A stretch of 64,000 nt of DNA from a bacterium (GCA_021786315.1 JAJYNN010000002.1:545494-609493); one strand, 5' to 3'; shown: positions 47,324 through 57,450, numbered from the stretch's first letter. The notes: generated from the sequence alone by a model not told the origin. Made by a program: numbers and translations.

Positions 47324-48232
47324 TCAACGAAAGACTATTCTTTTTTTCCATGATTGGTTTTGTTCTGGTAAGAGCTCCATTCGCTCTCTTAAAGCAATTC
47401 CCTCCAAAATTTCCGGGGTAATTGGAATGCCCAATATATCTTCATACTCAGTAATCACTCCATCCATTACTTCCCGGAACTTTTTTAGGCCGTTGGTTCG
47501 AGATACGGGAGATCCTAGATACTGAATTTTATGTAATACTTGTCCCGCTTGAGAACAGTATCCTCTATAGTAATACCATAAGCTACTTTCATAAATCGAA
47601 TAAGAAGAGAGTCCTCGATTCTGTTGTAGATAATAGACATACGCATCCACAGGAGCAGGGTAAGTTAGAAGCCCGCCTTCCTGCTTAAAAAAAGCCTCCA
47701 CAATAGTTTGTTGGTATAAGTTAAAAGCAGAAAAATTTTTCCCAGTTTCATAAGGAATAACTCCCCTTCTTATTACTGGCCGATGGCACTCTCTCCTAAT
47801 CCACTCAGGGAGGCACTTATTGAAATGGTCAACCAGCTGACCCAATCTATCAAGCATAATTTTAGTACTTTCTACCTCTCTTGTTGGTAAAGTAGTCAAT
47901 GCACTAGGTTCCGGCGAGACTTGATCCACACGAGTAGAACCATCATCAGTAAAATCTGTACCTCCGAAAGCTCTAAGAAGAACAGAAACACGGGCTCCTT
48001 CATCAGTAAACGACTTATCGGCAATATCTAATAGAACCTGTATTTCTTCCAGAGAACCAAGAGCTCTCGAGAACCTCTTCGAACCTGCCTCCAAGGAAGC
48101 TGCATCTTCAGTCTTTCCGGAAATCCGTAAAAGACCCTCTAATCCGGATAATTTTTCTGAAGTCTGCTCCAACTTAGCCCTGGCTTCCCCGAGAGTTACG
48201 TCCCCTGCTAACGAAAAATCTCTCTCTGACAT
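47324..48232 (-). CDS. hypothetical protein
   Basis: 302-aa ORF, N-terminal coiled coil. Confidence 0.65.
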   Translation of the reverse strand: MSERDFSLAGDVTLGEARAKLEQTSEKLSGLEGLLRISGKTEDAASLEAGSKRFSRALGSLEEIQVLLDIADKSFTDEGARVSVLLRAFGGTDFTDDGSTRVDQVSPEPSALTTLPTREVESTKIMLDRLGQLVDHFNKCLPEWIRRECHRPVIRRGVIPYETGKNFSAFNLYQQTIVEAFFKQEGGLLTYPAPVDAYVYYLQQNRGLSSYSIYESSLWYYYRGYCSQAGQVLHKIQYLGSPVSRTNGLKKFREVMDGVITEYEDILGIPITPEILEGIALRERMELLPEQNQSWKKRIVFR

Positions 48233-48393
48233 GCAGCAAGACTACAATACATAGATTAAAAAAGTCAAAAAAACACTCGCTCCCTTGACAAAAGTTTTTA
48301 AATCCTTTAAATACAAACTATACTTCAAAAGAATCTTTTTTACTGCCACAAGAGATTTTCTGCTCAAGCTAATTACAGTTAGGAGGTGAGAAA

Positions 48394-49062
48394 ATGCCAA
48401 GAAAAAAACAAACACTTGCTATCGCTACAGCCAGGCGAACCGCAAAAATTGGTCGGGTTTCAAGGTCTTCCTCGAATCTTTCTCTAATCCAAAAATTACA
48501 AAAGGAGTTAAACATCAACCAATCGTACCTTTCAGTACTATTGGGAATTTTGATTGTTTTAGTAGTTGGAGTTTTGGTCTTTAACTACGTCAAGAGAAAT
48601 GAAGGAAATCTGGGGCCAGCCCAACAAACAGTTTCGGAAAACAAAAATGCAGATGTTAAGCCGGAAAACTTGCCGGGTAAATACACTGTTAAGGACGGTG
48701 ACACTCTATTCAAGATTGCCCAAGCTTATTACAACGATGGTTACAAATATCCTGAGTTAGTAAAAGCCAATAAAATTGCTGACGAGAACGTTATCGCCGT
48801 CGGCCAGGTAATAGACATTCCAAAACTGGAAGTAGCTTCCGACACTCAAACTGCCTTGGGTACAGGCGGATCTACTAACGAAACTATCTGGGGAGATAAA
48901 ATCACCGGCGATACATATACGGTAGTAGAAGGTGACTGGCTTTCCAAGATTGCGGGACGGGCTTATGGGGATATTTATGCTTTTGACAAAATTGCCAAAG
49001 CAAACAACATTACTGACGTCGATAATATCGAACCAGGAACAGTCCTAAAAATTCCGCGTTAA
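48394..49062 (+). CDS. membrane-anchored protein with two LysM domains
   Basis: YTVKDGDTLFKIA, YTVVEGDWLSKIA; AGGAGG RBS. Confidence 0.93.
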   Translation: MPRKKQTLAIATARRTAKIGRVSRSSSNLSLIQKLQKELNINQSYLSVLLGILIVLVVGVLVFNYVKRNEGNLGPAQQTVSENKNADVKPENLPGKYTVKDGDTLFKIAQAYYNDGYKYPELVKANKIADENVIAVGQVIDIPKLEVASDTQTALGTGGSTNETIWGDKITGDTYTVVEGDWLSKIAGRAYGDIYAFDKIAKANNITDVDNIEPGTVLKIPR

Positions 49063-49400
49063 GCAATCCCGGCGAATAAAATTAGGAGCAATCCTAAAAT
49101 TATTACCAAAACCAGAAGGCTTGGTAGTCCTGTGAAGGCAAAAAAGCCGGAGAAAATTCCTAAAACGGAAAGTGCCCAAAGCAGTAAAAGCAAGCCGGCA
49201 ACAATTTGAAGTGGAGCCGGAAGCAAAGTTATCACCCACAGAACCACAGCTAAAATCAGCAGGTTTAAAAGAGTGATGGGAATGCCGTTAAATGTAAAAA
49301 GTATAATATTGGGTATTAATAACCCGGGGATTGTGACGTACCCTAAAAACCACAGGATTATTAAGAGAATAAGCAGCGCCCCCAACATATCTTGTATCAT
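49059..49400 (-). CDS. very hydrophobic small membrane protein
   Basis: MIQDMLG start after AGGAG RBS; almost entirely TM. Confidence 0.7.
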   Translation of the reverse strand: MIQDMLGALLILLIILWFLGYVTIPGLLIPNIILFTFNGIPITLLNLLILAVVLWVITLLPAPLQIVAGLLLLLWALSVLGIFSGFFAFTGLPSLLVLVIILGLLLILFAGIA

Positions 49401-49515
49401 AATTCCCTCTCCTAAGAAGCCAGTTAAAATCGGGTAAGAAAGCAGACATATATCTCTTGATAAATTCTTACCCACATCTGATTGAATATTTAACCCAAAA
49501 CAATAACATGTCATC

Positions 49516-49872
49516 ATGACAAATATCACTGGCATCTCCGACCTGTTCAAGATTAATGCCGGCATCATTTTGGCAGCAATTACGGCAAGTTTGATCACCT
49601 GGATCGTCTTCGGGATTGTAGTTGGAATTATTGCCCACTTCATAGACCGGGGCGAGGTCCGGGGAGGAATTCTTGGCACGATTTTAACGGCAATTATTGG
49701 GTCAATATTGGGAGGACTAATAGGAAATTTGGTTTTTGGCATTAGCGCCGTAGGCATTAATGGCCAAAGCTTCCTGGTTGCAGCCATCGGAGCCATAATT
49801 CTTGTCATACTTGAACGGATAATCTTCCGGAACCGGGAACATATTAAAACCAAAGTGACAAGATTGGATTAA
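49516..49872 (+). CDS. GlsB/YeaQ/YmgE (transglycosylase-associated) membrane protein
   Basis: WIVFGIVVGIIAH, GSILGG, AAIGAIIL. Confidence 0.85.
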   Translation: MTNITGISDLFKINAGIILAAITASLITWIVFGIVVGIIAHFIDRGEVRGGILGTILTAIIGSILGGLIGNLVFGISAVGINGQSFLVAAIGAIILVILERIIFRNREHIKTKVTRLD

Positions 49873-49874
49873 CA

Positions 49875-50768
49875 ATGCTAGTTAAAGGAACAGAAGTTAT
49901 TGGTGCCAAGGTTTTTACAATTGACGAAGGCGAACAGGTTGAGGATGTGGATGATGTTATCTACAATCCTCAAACGAACCGGGTAGAAGCCCTTCTTGTC
50001 TCCCCTAGCGGCATTTTTTCCGAAGCTAAGCTAATATTGCTTAAAGATGCCCGGGGTGTAGGTAAAGATGCGGTTTTAATTCAAAACAAAGATATTATGA
50101 AAAATTCCTCCGATATTCCCTCCAATTTAGCGTCCATTGCCACCAAAGGTGCCTATTTAACGGAAAACAGGATTATTTCCGAATCAGGAGTAGACCTGGG
50201 GAAAGTAGTTGATATTTTATTTGACAGCCAAAGCGGTAAAGTTGAGGAATTTGAAGTCTCCCAAGGCCTAAGAGATGTTGCAACAGGCAGAAAACGAGTT
50301 AAAGTTTCGGACATTATTACTGTCGGGAAAGATGCTGTAATTGTGAAAGGCTACACGGAAGAAAAAGTCAGTGAGCAGGCAAAAAGCGGCGGAGTTGTTG
50401 GGGCAGTCAATAAAGGTGCAGAAACTATCCGTCGGGAAGGGCCAAAATACTACGAACAGGCCAAAACCAAGGCTCAGGAATATGCCGATAGAGCCAGGAG
50501 TAAAGCCGAGGAATACCGGCAAAAACCGGAGACCCAAAAAACCATTAACGAAGCCAAAATAGAGGCAAAAAAACTAAAGGGGCAAGCTTCAGAAACATAC
50601 CAAAGGGTCAAGGGTAAAGCAAAAGAAGCAAAAAGGACACAGAGCCCAAAAGTTCGGTCAATGGCCCAAAGAGCCCGGGAAGAAGCAGCCCAATACCGTG
50701 CCCAAGCTCAACAAACTACTAGACCAAAATCCCGAAAAACAACTAAGAAATCCTCTAAAAGAAGGTGA
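49875..50768 (+). CDS. PRC-barrel domain protein with basic helical tail
   Basis: Two repeats G..V.D..(Y/F)..Q...V...VGKDAV. Confidence 0.85.
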   Translation: MLVKGTEVIGAKVFTIDEGEQVEDVDDVIYNPQTNRVEALLVSPSGIFSEAKLILLKDARGVGKDAVLIQNKDIMKNSSDIPSNLASIATKGAYLTENRIISESGVDLGKVVDILFDSQSGKVEEFEVSQGLRDVATGRKRVKVSDIITVGKDAVIVKGYTEEKVSEQAKSGGVVGAVNKGAETIRREGPKYYEQAKTKAQEYADRARSKAEEYRQKPETQKTINEAKIEAKKLKGQASETYQRVKGKAKEAKRTQSPKVRSMAQRAREEAAQYRAQAQQTTRPKSRKTTKKSSKRR

Positions 50769-50865
50769 CTTCCTCGCCAAAGCCAGGCGTTACCTTAGCA
50801 CTTTTCCCCTCCATAAAGGTGACCTCCTTGGCGTATAGCAAGGGGTCACCTTGCGCATTGAAAAG

Positions 50866-51291
50866 TTAAGGTAACTGGTTATCAGAAACTGGCGAGGCAG
50901 GAGTTGTGGGAGTTTCAACTTGTGTCTCTGCCGGCTTATTACTTTGTTCTACTTCTAATCCAGGAACTTGAGTAAATCGAGAAAGACCACCAGTCGCTTC
51001 TCCTAATGTATTCGATGCAGGTTGTGTTTTAAGGGGGATTGAAGGAATTGGTAACTTCACTTCAGGTTCCTCTTTTCTAGGAGGAGGAGTCACTCCTGAT
51101 TGCTCTAACGCAAAGTCTTTTACCTGACTGGCAGCTTCCTTGGTTGCAGCACCTAAAGCATCAGGCATCGACTTTGCAAGTAAACCAGCTGCTTCCCCAG
51201 CAGTCATATGTGGAGTTTCAGAAGAAGAATCAAGGGAACCCAAAGGTAGCTCTTTTTCTTCAAAGCTTCCACCAATCACATCATCTTTCAT
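50866..51291 (-). CDS. hypothetical low-complexity protein
   Basis: Pro/Ser/Thr-rich ORF. Confidence 0.55.
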   Translation of the reverse strand: MKDDVIGGSFEEKELPLGSLDSSSETPHMTAGEAAGLLAKSMPDALGAATKEAASQVKDFALEQSGVTPPPRKEEPEVKLPIPSIPLKTQPASNTLGEATGGLSRFTQVPGLEVEQSNKPAETQVETPTTPASPVSDNQLP

Positions 51292-51469
51292 CTAGTTCAG
51301 TAGACCATAACCACATTAAAATATCAATCACCTTCCTTGGTTTCCTCCGCCAACTTGAGTTATAATTTGAGCGAAGCGATAATTTCAAGCTCCGCTTATA
51401 ATTTGAGCGAAGCGAGAATTACAGGATCGTTTTGACGCAGTCAAAAGGTAGCCCTATAATACTCACACT

Positions 51470-51540
51470 GCGGGATTCGTATAGTGGTAATATGCTTCCT
51501 TCCCAAGGAAGAGTCGAGGGTCCGATTCCCTTATCCCGCT
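51470..51540 (+). tRNA. tRNA-Gly(CCC)
   Basis: GCGGGAT/ATCCCGC, CTTCC-TTCCCAA-GGAAG, T-loop TCCGATT. Confidence 0.9.
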
Positions 51541-51544
51541 CATA

Positions 51545-51946
51545 ATGAGCGAAAATGAACCTGATAATAATTTGGAAGCCTTTAGGTCTTATATCGAAGA
51601 AGAAATAGATAATCTTTTCGGAACACCTGAAATGCTTGATACAGTTCGCCCAATCGATCCTTGGTGTATGAGACTGGAAAAACCAATGGAGGAGCTTAAT
51701 TTAGGCGAAAAGAAAATCATAGAACAGGCCATCTTTAAAACAGCCGGATTAGAACCTCAAACACTGGAAGAATCAAAGATTAGACAATACGAAGCTCATG
51801 GTAAAGAAGGTACCAAAGGTGCGGGAAAAATCTATATCGAAGTTTTTCGAACCAACCAGGAAGAAGTCTTTTTACAAAAGTTAACGTATCCGGATGGAGA
51901 AATAAGGTGGGCCGTCGGCCCGGATGAAAATCTAAAAGAACTTTAA
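51545..51946 (+). CDS. acidic hypothetical protein
   Basis: 133-aa ORF directly after tRNA-Gly. Confidence 0.6.
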   Translation: MSENEPDNNLEAFRSYIEEEIDNLFGTPEMLDTVRPIDPWCMRLEKPMEELNLGEKKIIEQAIFKTAGLEPQTLEESKIRQYEAHGKEGTKGAGKIYIEVFRTNQEEVFLQKLTYPDGEIRWAVGPDENLKEL

Positions 51947-51949
51947 ACC

Positions 51950-53236
51950 TTATCTTCCACCCTGAGCCAAAGTAAAAATCAGGGCAATGGCTGCAGTGGA
52001 CATTCCAATAAATGTTGTCCAGAGAATAAGGTTTGAAAGCCAACCATTCCTGTATTCCCCCATGATATTTTTATTTCTGCCGATTAAAGCAATTAAGAAT
52101 AGCAAAGGAACAGCCACAATACCGTTGATCACTGCCGTATAGACTAAAGCCTTGACCGGGTCAATGCCGACAAAATTAATCATCAGCCCAATCAAGGTAG
52201 CCAGGGTAATCACCCCGTAGAAACCATGTGCCTGTTTCAATTTCCTATATAAACCTTCTTTCCAGCCAAAAGCCTCGGATAAGGCATAAGCAGCGGAACC
52301 TGCAAGAACAGGAACTGCCAACAACCCTAGACCAACAAGCCCGGTTGCAAAGATAGTCTTAGCCATAAATCCGGCGTTGGGGAAAGTTTGTACCAGCGGT
52401 TCTAAAGCTTTCGCGGCATCAGCTGCTGTGCGAATATCAGTAATGCCATTTTTGTTTAACACCGTAGCCCCGACAACGATAATACTCCAAGTGGCTATCT
52501 CTGAGGCAACCATCCCTAAAGCATTATCAATCCGCAACTGTTTAATCTGTGCCCAGCCAATACTGGGCCGGCTACTACCATTTAACTCATGTTTCTCCCG
52601 CTCTTCCTCCACCTCCTCTGAAGCCTGCCAGAAAAACATATACGGAGAAATCGTTGTCCCCAAAACTCCAGTAATGATAAACAGAAAGGCAAAATTGAGT
52701 TCAAAGTGCGGCACAAAGGTAGCCCGGAGTAACTCCCTCCATGGTTGGGAAACCAAAAGCACAGTTAAAGGATAGGCCAAAAGGGTAAGAGCCAGCCATT
52801 TAAGCAACCTTGAGTAAAACTTATAGGAAGTAAAGATCTCCAAAACCAAAACAGTAAAGGTAAAAAACAGGGTCAGCAGGGCAAAGTTGACGGGGATAAT
52901 CAACTGAGTGGCTGCAGCCATAGCCCCAATATCCGCCCCAATATTAATCGTATTGGCCACCACAACCAGGAAAACTACCCCATAAAGAATCCTCTTACTA
53001 TAGTGGGTCCGGACTACCGCCGCGATTCCCTTTCCGGTAACCATTCCAATCCTTGCGCAACATTCCTGCACCCCCATCATAAAGGGGAGCATAAACAGGG
53101 CTGTCCAAAGTTGGCCTAGTCCAAACTGAGCTCCGGTTTGAATATATGTCCCTATCCCTGAATCATCATCATCTGCCGCGCCGGTTATGACTCCGGGTCC
53201 TAAAATTCTTAATAATCTATTAAATTTATGCTTCAT
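51950..53236 (-). CDS. NRAMP-family divalent metal transporter
   Basis: GPGVITGAADDD.SGIGTY, LGTTISPYMFFWQ. Confidence 0.92.
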   Translation of the reverse strand: MKHKFNRLLRILGPGVITGAADDDDSGIGTYIQTGAQFGLGQLWTALFMLPFMMGVQECCARIGMVTGKGIAAVVRTHYSKRILYGVVFLVVVANTINIGADIGAMAAATQLIIPVNFALLTLFFTFTVLVLEIFTSYKFYSRLLKWLALTLLAYPLTVLLVSQPWRELLRATFVPHFELNFAFLFIITGVLGTTISPYMFFWQASEEVEEEREKHELNGSSRPSIGWAQIKQLRIDNALGMVASEIATWSIIVVGATVLNKNGITDIRTAADAAKALEPLVQTFPNAGFMAKTIFATGLVGLGLLAVPVLAGSAAYALSEAFGWKEGLYRKLKQAHGFYGVITLATLIGLMINFVGIDPVKALVYTAVINGIVAVPLLFLIALIGRNKNIMGEYRNGWLSNLILWTTFIGMSTAAIALIFTLAQGGR

Positions 53237-53312
53237 CTATTTATGTATAACATATCTAAAACTCTCACAACACCCCGATTTTCCCGTTTTCTGGTAGAAT
53301 ATACACATTACT

Positions 53313-53384
53313 GCCGATGTAGCTCAGTGGCAGAGCAATGCTTTCGTAAAGCAAAGGTCGTGAGTCCGATTCTCACCATCGGCT
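53313..53384 (+). tRNA. tRNA-Thr(CGT)
   Basis: GCCGATG/CATCGGC, loop TTCGTAA, GTGAG-TCCGATT-CTCAC. Confidence 0.92.
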
Positions 53385-53462
53385 CCGAGCAAAGCGAGAA
53401 GACAAAGTGAGAACAACATCTTCGAGCAGAGCGAGAAGTAGTGTTATTCTCACCATCGGCTC
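53385..53462 (+). repeat. structured unit ending in a copy of the tRNA-Thr 3' end
   Basis: attctcaccatcggctc at 53446-53462 equals 53369-53385; preceded by caacatctt-cgagcagagcgag-aagtagtgtt. Confidence 0.85.
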
Positions 53463-53473
53463 TCACAATTTTT

Positions 53474-54235
53474 ATGAACAGGCAAAAACTTAGATCAAGA
53501 GCAAGAGCATCATCCAATAGTTCCTTTACAGCCAGACGCTGGGAGAAAAAAAGCAAGAAAAAAATTTATCTGACTCTTACCGTTATCGCCATACTTCTCT
53601 ACTCATTTTTCACCTGGTTTCTGCCCACGCTCATAGGAAGCCTGTCTTTTGTAAACCAATTCAAACCAGCGCCAACACCTGTTCCTCAAGTCGCTGACAG
53701 TGTCACTTTAGCCCCACCCGTTTTAAATATTCCTTTTGAAGCAACAGGAAGTTCCACTATTAAGGTTAAAGGTTACGCTTCTCCTAATACATCAGTAAAA
53801 ATTTATCTGGATGATGATTTAAAAAGTACCGTTAAAACATCCGGTGACGGTAGCTTCACCTCAGATGATATCACCCTCAGCTTAGGTTCAAATAATATTT
53901 ACGGAAAAACTGTTGATGAAAGTAACCACGAAAGTTTACCCTCCACGACTCTCCGGATCAGTTACATTAACGAAAAACCGGATTTATCAGTGGATAGTCC
54001 GGCTGACAATCAGGTCATAAACGGCGGGGACAAAAAAGTTACAGTTTCCGGCAAAGTCAACCCAAAGGAGAATATGTCTTTGACTATCAATGGCCAAGTT
54101 ATCATCCTGAAAGATGACGGCAGCTTCTCTCAATCAATAGATATCAATGAAGGAGATAATAATATTGTAATTAAGGCAATTGACCAAGTTGGTAATAGTG
54201 CCCAAGTTACCCGTAAAGTTACTTATAATCCCTAA
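53474..54235 (+). CDS. membrane-anchored protein with two Ig-like domains
   Basis: TM then repeated G..SP...V.I..D/DGSF...L..G.N.I...A.D..GN. Confidence 0.8.
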   Translation: MNRQKLRSRARASSNSSFTARRWEKKSKKKIYLTLTVIAILLYSFFTWFLPTLIGSLSFVNQFKPAPTPVPQVADSVTLAPPVLNIPFEATGSSTIKVKGYASPNTSVKIYLDDDLKSTVKTSGDGSFTSDDITLSLGSNNIYGKTVDESNHESLPSTTLRISYINEKPDLSVDSPADNQVINGGDKKVTVSGKVNPKENMSLTINGQVIILKDDGSFSQSIDINEGDNNIVIKAIDQVGNSAQVTRKVTYNP

Positions 54236-54337
54236 GCGGAGCGAGAGAATTACAGGATCGTTCCGGCAAATGCCGGGAGGTAGCCTACAATAATACCTAG
54301 ATTGCATAAATAAACCCCAGCAGTTAATATACTTCCG

Positions 54338-55060
54338 ATGAAGACACTCTCCATAGTTATCCCTATTTTTAATGAAGAAAAATTTATCGCCACGACCTTA
54401 GAAAAGGTTATAAAAAGTGACACTCTTAGCTTTAAAAAGGAAATCATTTTGGTTGATGACGGATCTAAAGATCAAACACCAAAAATTTTAAAAAAATTAG
54501 AAAAACAATACCAAAAGAAAGTCAAAATAAAACTCATCCTGAAAAAGAAAAATCAAGGCAAAGGAGCGGCCCTAAAAGACGGATTTCTAGAGACTACCGG
54601 AGATATTGTCCTAGTCCAAGACGCGGATCTTGAATATAACCCCAATGATTACCCTACTCTCCTTGAACCCTTTATAAACCACGATGCCGATGTGGTTTAT
54701 GGCTCCAGACTTTTGTCCAACCGCCCCCACCGTGTCCTTTATTTTTGGCACTATGTTTCCAATATGGTTTTGACAACTTTATCCAATATGTTTACCAACT
54801 TAAATCTTTCGGATATGGAAACAGGATATAAGGTTTTTAAGGGAGATCTAATCCGTAAATTGGCCAAAAAATTAAAGAGCAAGAGGTTTGGATTTGAGCC
54901 GGAAATTACTGCTAGAATCTCTAAGGTCAAAGGCATTAAAGTATATGAAGTGGGAATTTCCTATTCCGGGAGAACTTACGAAGAAGGTAAAAAAATTGGC
55001 TGGAAAGACGGAGCTAAAGCGGTTTGGGAAATTTTTAAATACAATGTTTTAGAATCATGA
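54338..55060 (+). CDS. GT2 glycosyltransferase (DPM1-like)
   Basis: SIVIPIFNEE, VDDGSKD, NQGKGAA, QDADLEY, DMETGYK. Confidence 0.95.
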   Translation: MKTLSIVIPIFNEEKFIATTLEKVIKSDTLSFKKEIILVDDGSKDQTPKILKKLEKQYQKKVKIKLILKKKNQGKGAALKDGFLETTGDIVLVQDADLEYNPNDYPTLLEPFINHDADVVYGSRLLSNRPHRVLYFWHYVSNMVLTTLSNMFTNLNLSDMETGYKVFKGDLIRKLAKKLKSKRFGFEPEITARISKVKGIKVYEVGISYSGRTYEEGKKIGWKDGAKAVWEIFKYNVLES

Positions 55061-56238
55061 AATATATAACAAGTCTTATTTTATTAATTGGCCTTTTAGC
55101 CGGGCAGCTTTTTAAATTTCCCCAAGGGAACCAGGGAGGGGCCACGCTTTTGGATCTCGCAGTAATTATATTAATCCTTTTCTCAATTCCTAAAATTAAA
55201 CTCCAAAACTTAAAATTAAACCATTGGACCAAAGCCGCTTTTATCTTCTCCGGGGTAGCAATAATATCTTTAATTCTGACACCGCTCAGACTAAGCACCA
55301 GCCAATATCTTTTAAGCCTTGCCTATCCTTTCCGCTTTACACTTTATTTCTTGTTAGGCTTTCTAATTTCCAACGGTGCACTGCCAACCCTGAAGAAAAC
55401 CTTACCAAAAACTATTTTGTTCTCCGGAATAGGGCTTGCCGTCCTTGGGCTATTACAGCTAATCTTTATTCCGGATTTAGGGTTCATGTCAGAAGCCGGA
55501 TGGGATCCCCATTATTTCAGGACTGTTTCGACTCTTCTTGACCCAAACTTTCTCGGGGCATATCTAGTCTTAACTCTTCTTTCAATCACTCTGGATCAGT
55601 CAATTTCCCCAACAATAAAAAAGAGGCTTCCAGGTTTTATTATTACCTACCTGGCAATCATCACAACATTTTCCCGCAGTGCGGCAATCATGCTTTTTGT
55701 AAGTTTTACAGCACTTGCACTCTTAAAAAGATCCCCCAAATTATTATTGCTTTCCATATTCTTAACGGGTGGAGTTGGTTTAGGATTTTTAGGATACAAA
55801 CAGCTAGTTGCCCAACCCCGGGGAATCGACCGGCAACAATCGGCCTACTATCGCCTAAATTCCTGGCAGGAAGGATGGACAATGCTTCAATACTCCCCTG
55901 TTTTTGGAGTAGGGTTTAACGCCTACCGTTTTGCCCTTTCTCAATATCATCTGGGGACAGAAAATTTCAGCCAGACGCGTGGAGCGTCTGCCAATGATTC
56001 CAGCCTTTTATTCGTGGCAGCAACCACCGGAGTTGTGGGATTGGCTGTATTCTTTGCCTTTTTAACAACACTTATTCAGGGATCTCTCTTTAAAGTTACC
56101 CAAAACAAATGGAATCTAGTAATTGTCTCAGGCTTACTTGGCTTAATTGCCCAAAGTTTTTTTATTAATGTTCTTTTTTATCCCTGGATTTTAATTTGGG
56201 TTATCCTTGTTACAGTTTACGCTCAATCTAAGCAGTAA
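55057..56238 (+). CDS. O-antigen ligase-like (Wzy_C) membrane protein
   Basis: R..ST..DPNFLG.YL, TFSRSA, R...W, P.FGVGFN. Confidence 0.85.
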   Translation: MKYITSLILLIGLLAGQLFKFPQGNQGGATLLDLAVIILILFSIPKIKLQNLKLNHWTKAAFIFSGVAIISLILTPLRLSTSQYLLSLAYPFRFTLYFLLGFLISNGALPTLKKTLPKTILFSGIGLAVLGLLQLIFIPDLGFMSEAGWDPHYFRTVSTLLDPNFLGAYLVLTLLSITLDQSISPTIKKRLPGFIITYLAIITTFSRSAAIMLFVSFTALALLKRSPKLLLLSIFLTGGVGLGFLGYKQLVAQPRGIDRQQSAYYRLNSWQEGWTMLQYSPVFGVGFNAYRFALSQYHLGTENFSQTRGASANDSSLLFVAATTGVVGLAVFFAFLTTLIQGSLFKVTQNKWNLVIVSGLLGLIAQSFFINVLFYPWILIWVILVTVYAQSKQ

Positions 56239-57370
56239 TCTCTTGGTAGAGTTTGTTCAATTCTTGTGCTGACTTCTCCCAAGAAAATTTCTCTGCTTGT
56301 TTCATTCCCATCTGGCCCATTCGTCTCCTGATTCTTATATCTCCAATTATTTTTTTTATCTCATTTCCTATCTCTTTTGTATTACTAGGATCAATATACC
56401 TTGCTGCCTTTCCCCCCACTTCTGGAAGTGAGGAAATATTCGAGGTGATCACAGGGAGTCCTGCTTTCATCGCTTCTAATACCGGAATACCAAAACCCTC
56501 ATAAAAAGATGGGTAAACAAAAATCAAGGCATGTTTATACAAGTTAGCCAATTCCTCATCAGGCACAAATCCTAATTGTTTTATCCGATCTTGATGTTTA
56601 TTAATTAAATCCATCAATCCCTCGTTTTTCCAACCTGATTTTCCTACCAAAATTAAGGGCTCGGAAATTTTGCTTTCTAAATAAGCTTTAACTAAGTTTT
56701 CTAAATTCTTCCTTGGCTCCAAAGTTCCCACGGCTAATAAATATCCCGGCTTTAATCCATATTTTTCTAATGTTTCTTTTTCCTTACCCCTTTTCCCTAA
56801 ACCATCTCTCACGGCCGGGTAAATCACCTCCACCCTACCTTTTGGTTTAAACTCCATAAAATCTTTCTTGGTACTCTCTGAAATGGCAATCACCAAATCC
56901 GCATTTTTAGCGATTCTATTAAAGCGGGCTTTGTCCAATTGGGTTGTTTTGGGGTCATGCCATTGGGGAAACAGTACTGATGTCAGGTCGAACACTGTAG
57001 CCACTCTTTTTCCATGTCTTTGGGGAGGCATAAACCAATTAAATGAATGGAAAATATCAACAGGGCCAATAAATGTTTCTATTGGCGGCCAATTTAATTT
57101 TTGCCAAGTTAAAAAAGCCGTCCGGAAAAATTTCGCCGGCATCTTATAAACTTTCATTTCTACATTAGGATAATCTTTAAATTCTAAGTTTTTCAGATAT
57201 TCATAAGTAGAAAGGGTTGCGATCCCAAAAAGAATAAACTTATCTTTTTTACTCGAAGAGGAGCTTTGCTCATTAGTCTTGAGGAGATTTTTAATTAACT
57301 CAAAAGTGTAGACTCCAATTCCCGTCCGATTCTTATCATTTAAAACCGAAATATCAATCCCAATTCTCAT
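56228..57370 (-). CDS. GT4 glycosyltransferase
   Basis: MRIGID, VGTLEPRKN, YEGFGIPVLEAM, SSLPEV. Confidence 0.95.
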   Translation of the reverse strand: MRIGIDISVLNDKNRTGIGVYTFELIKNLLKTNEQSSSSSKKDKFILFGIATLSTYEYLKNLEFKDYPNVEMKVYKMPAKFFRTAFLTWQKLNWPPIETFIGPVDIFHSFNWFMPPQRHGKRVATVFDLTSVLFPQWHDPKTTQLDKARFNRIAKNADLVIAISESTKKDFMEFKPKGRVEVIYPAVRDGLGKRGKEKETLEKYGLKPGYLLAVGTLEPRKNLENLVKAYLESKISEPLILVGKSGWKNEGLMDLINKHQDRIKQLGFVPDEELANLYKHALIFVYPSFYEGFGIPVLEAMKAGLPVITSNISSLPEVGGKAARYIDPSNTKEIGNEIKKIIGDIRIRRRMGQMGMKQAEKFSWEKSAQELNKLYQEITA

Positions 57371-57376
57371 ATTAAG

Positions 57377-57450
57377 TGGAGTTAACTGGACTCGAACCAG
57401 TGACCTCTTCAATGTGAATGAAGCGCTCTAACCAACTGAGCTATAACTCC
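57377..57450 (-). tRNA. tRNA-Val(CAC)
   Basis: GGAGTTA/TAACTCC, CTTCA-TTCACAT-TGAAG, TTCGAGT. Confidence 0.93.

Noticed and set aside
49401-49853. N-terminal half of the 264-aa minus-strand ORF
   Set aside because: Antisense shadow of the GlsB/YeaQ gene; the credible start is at 49400.
57371-57412. N-terminal extension of the GT4 ORF; likewise ORFs 12217..12465, 47169..47351 and 53228..53410
   Set aside because: These read through tRNA genes; shadow translations.
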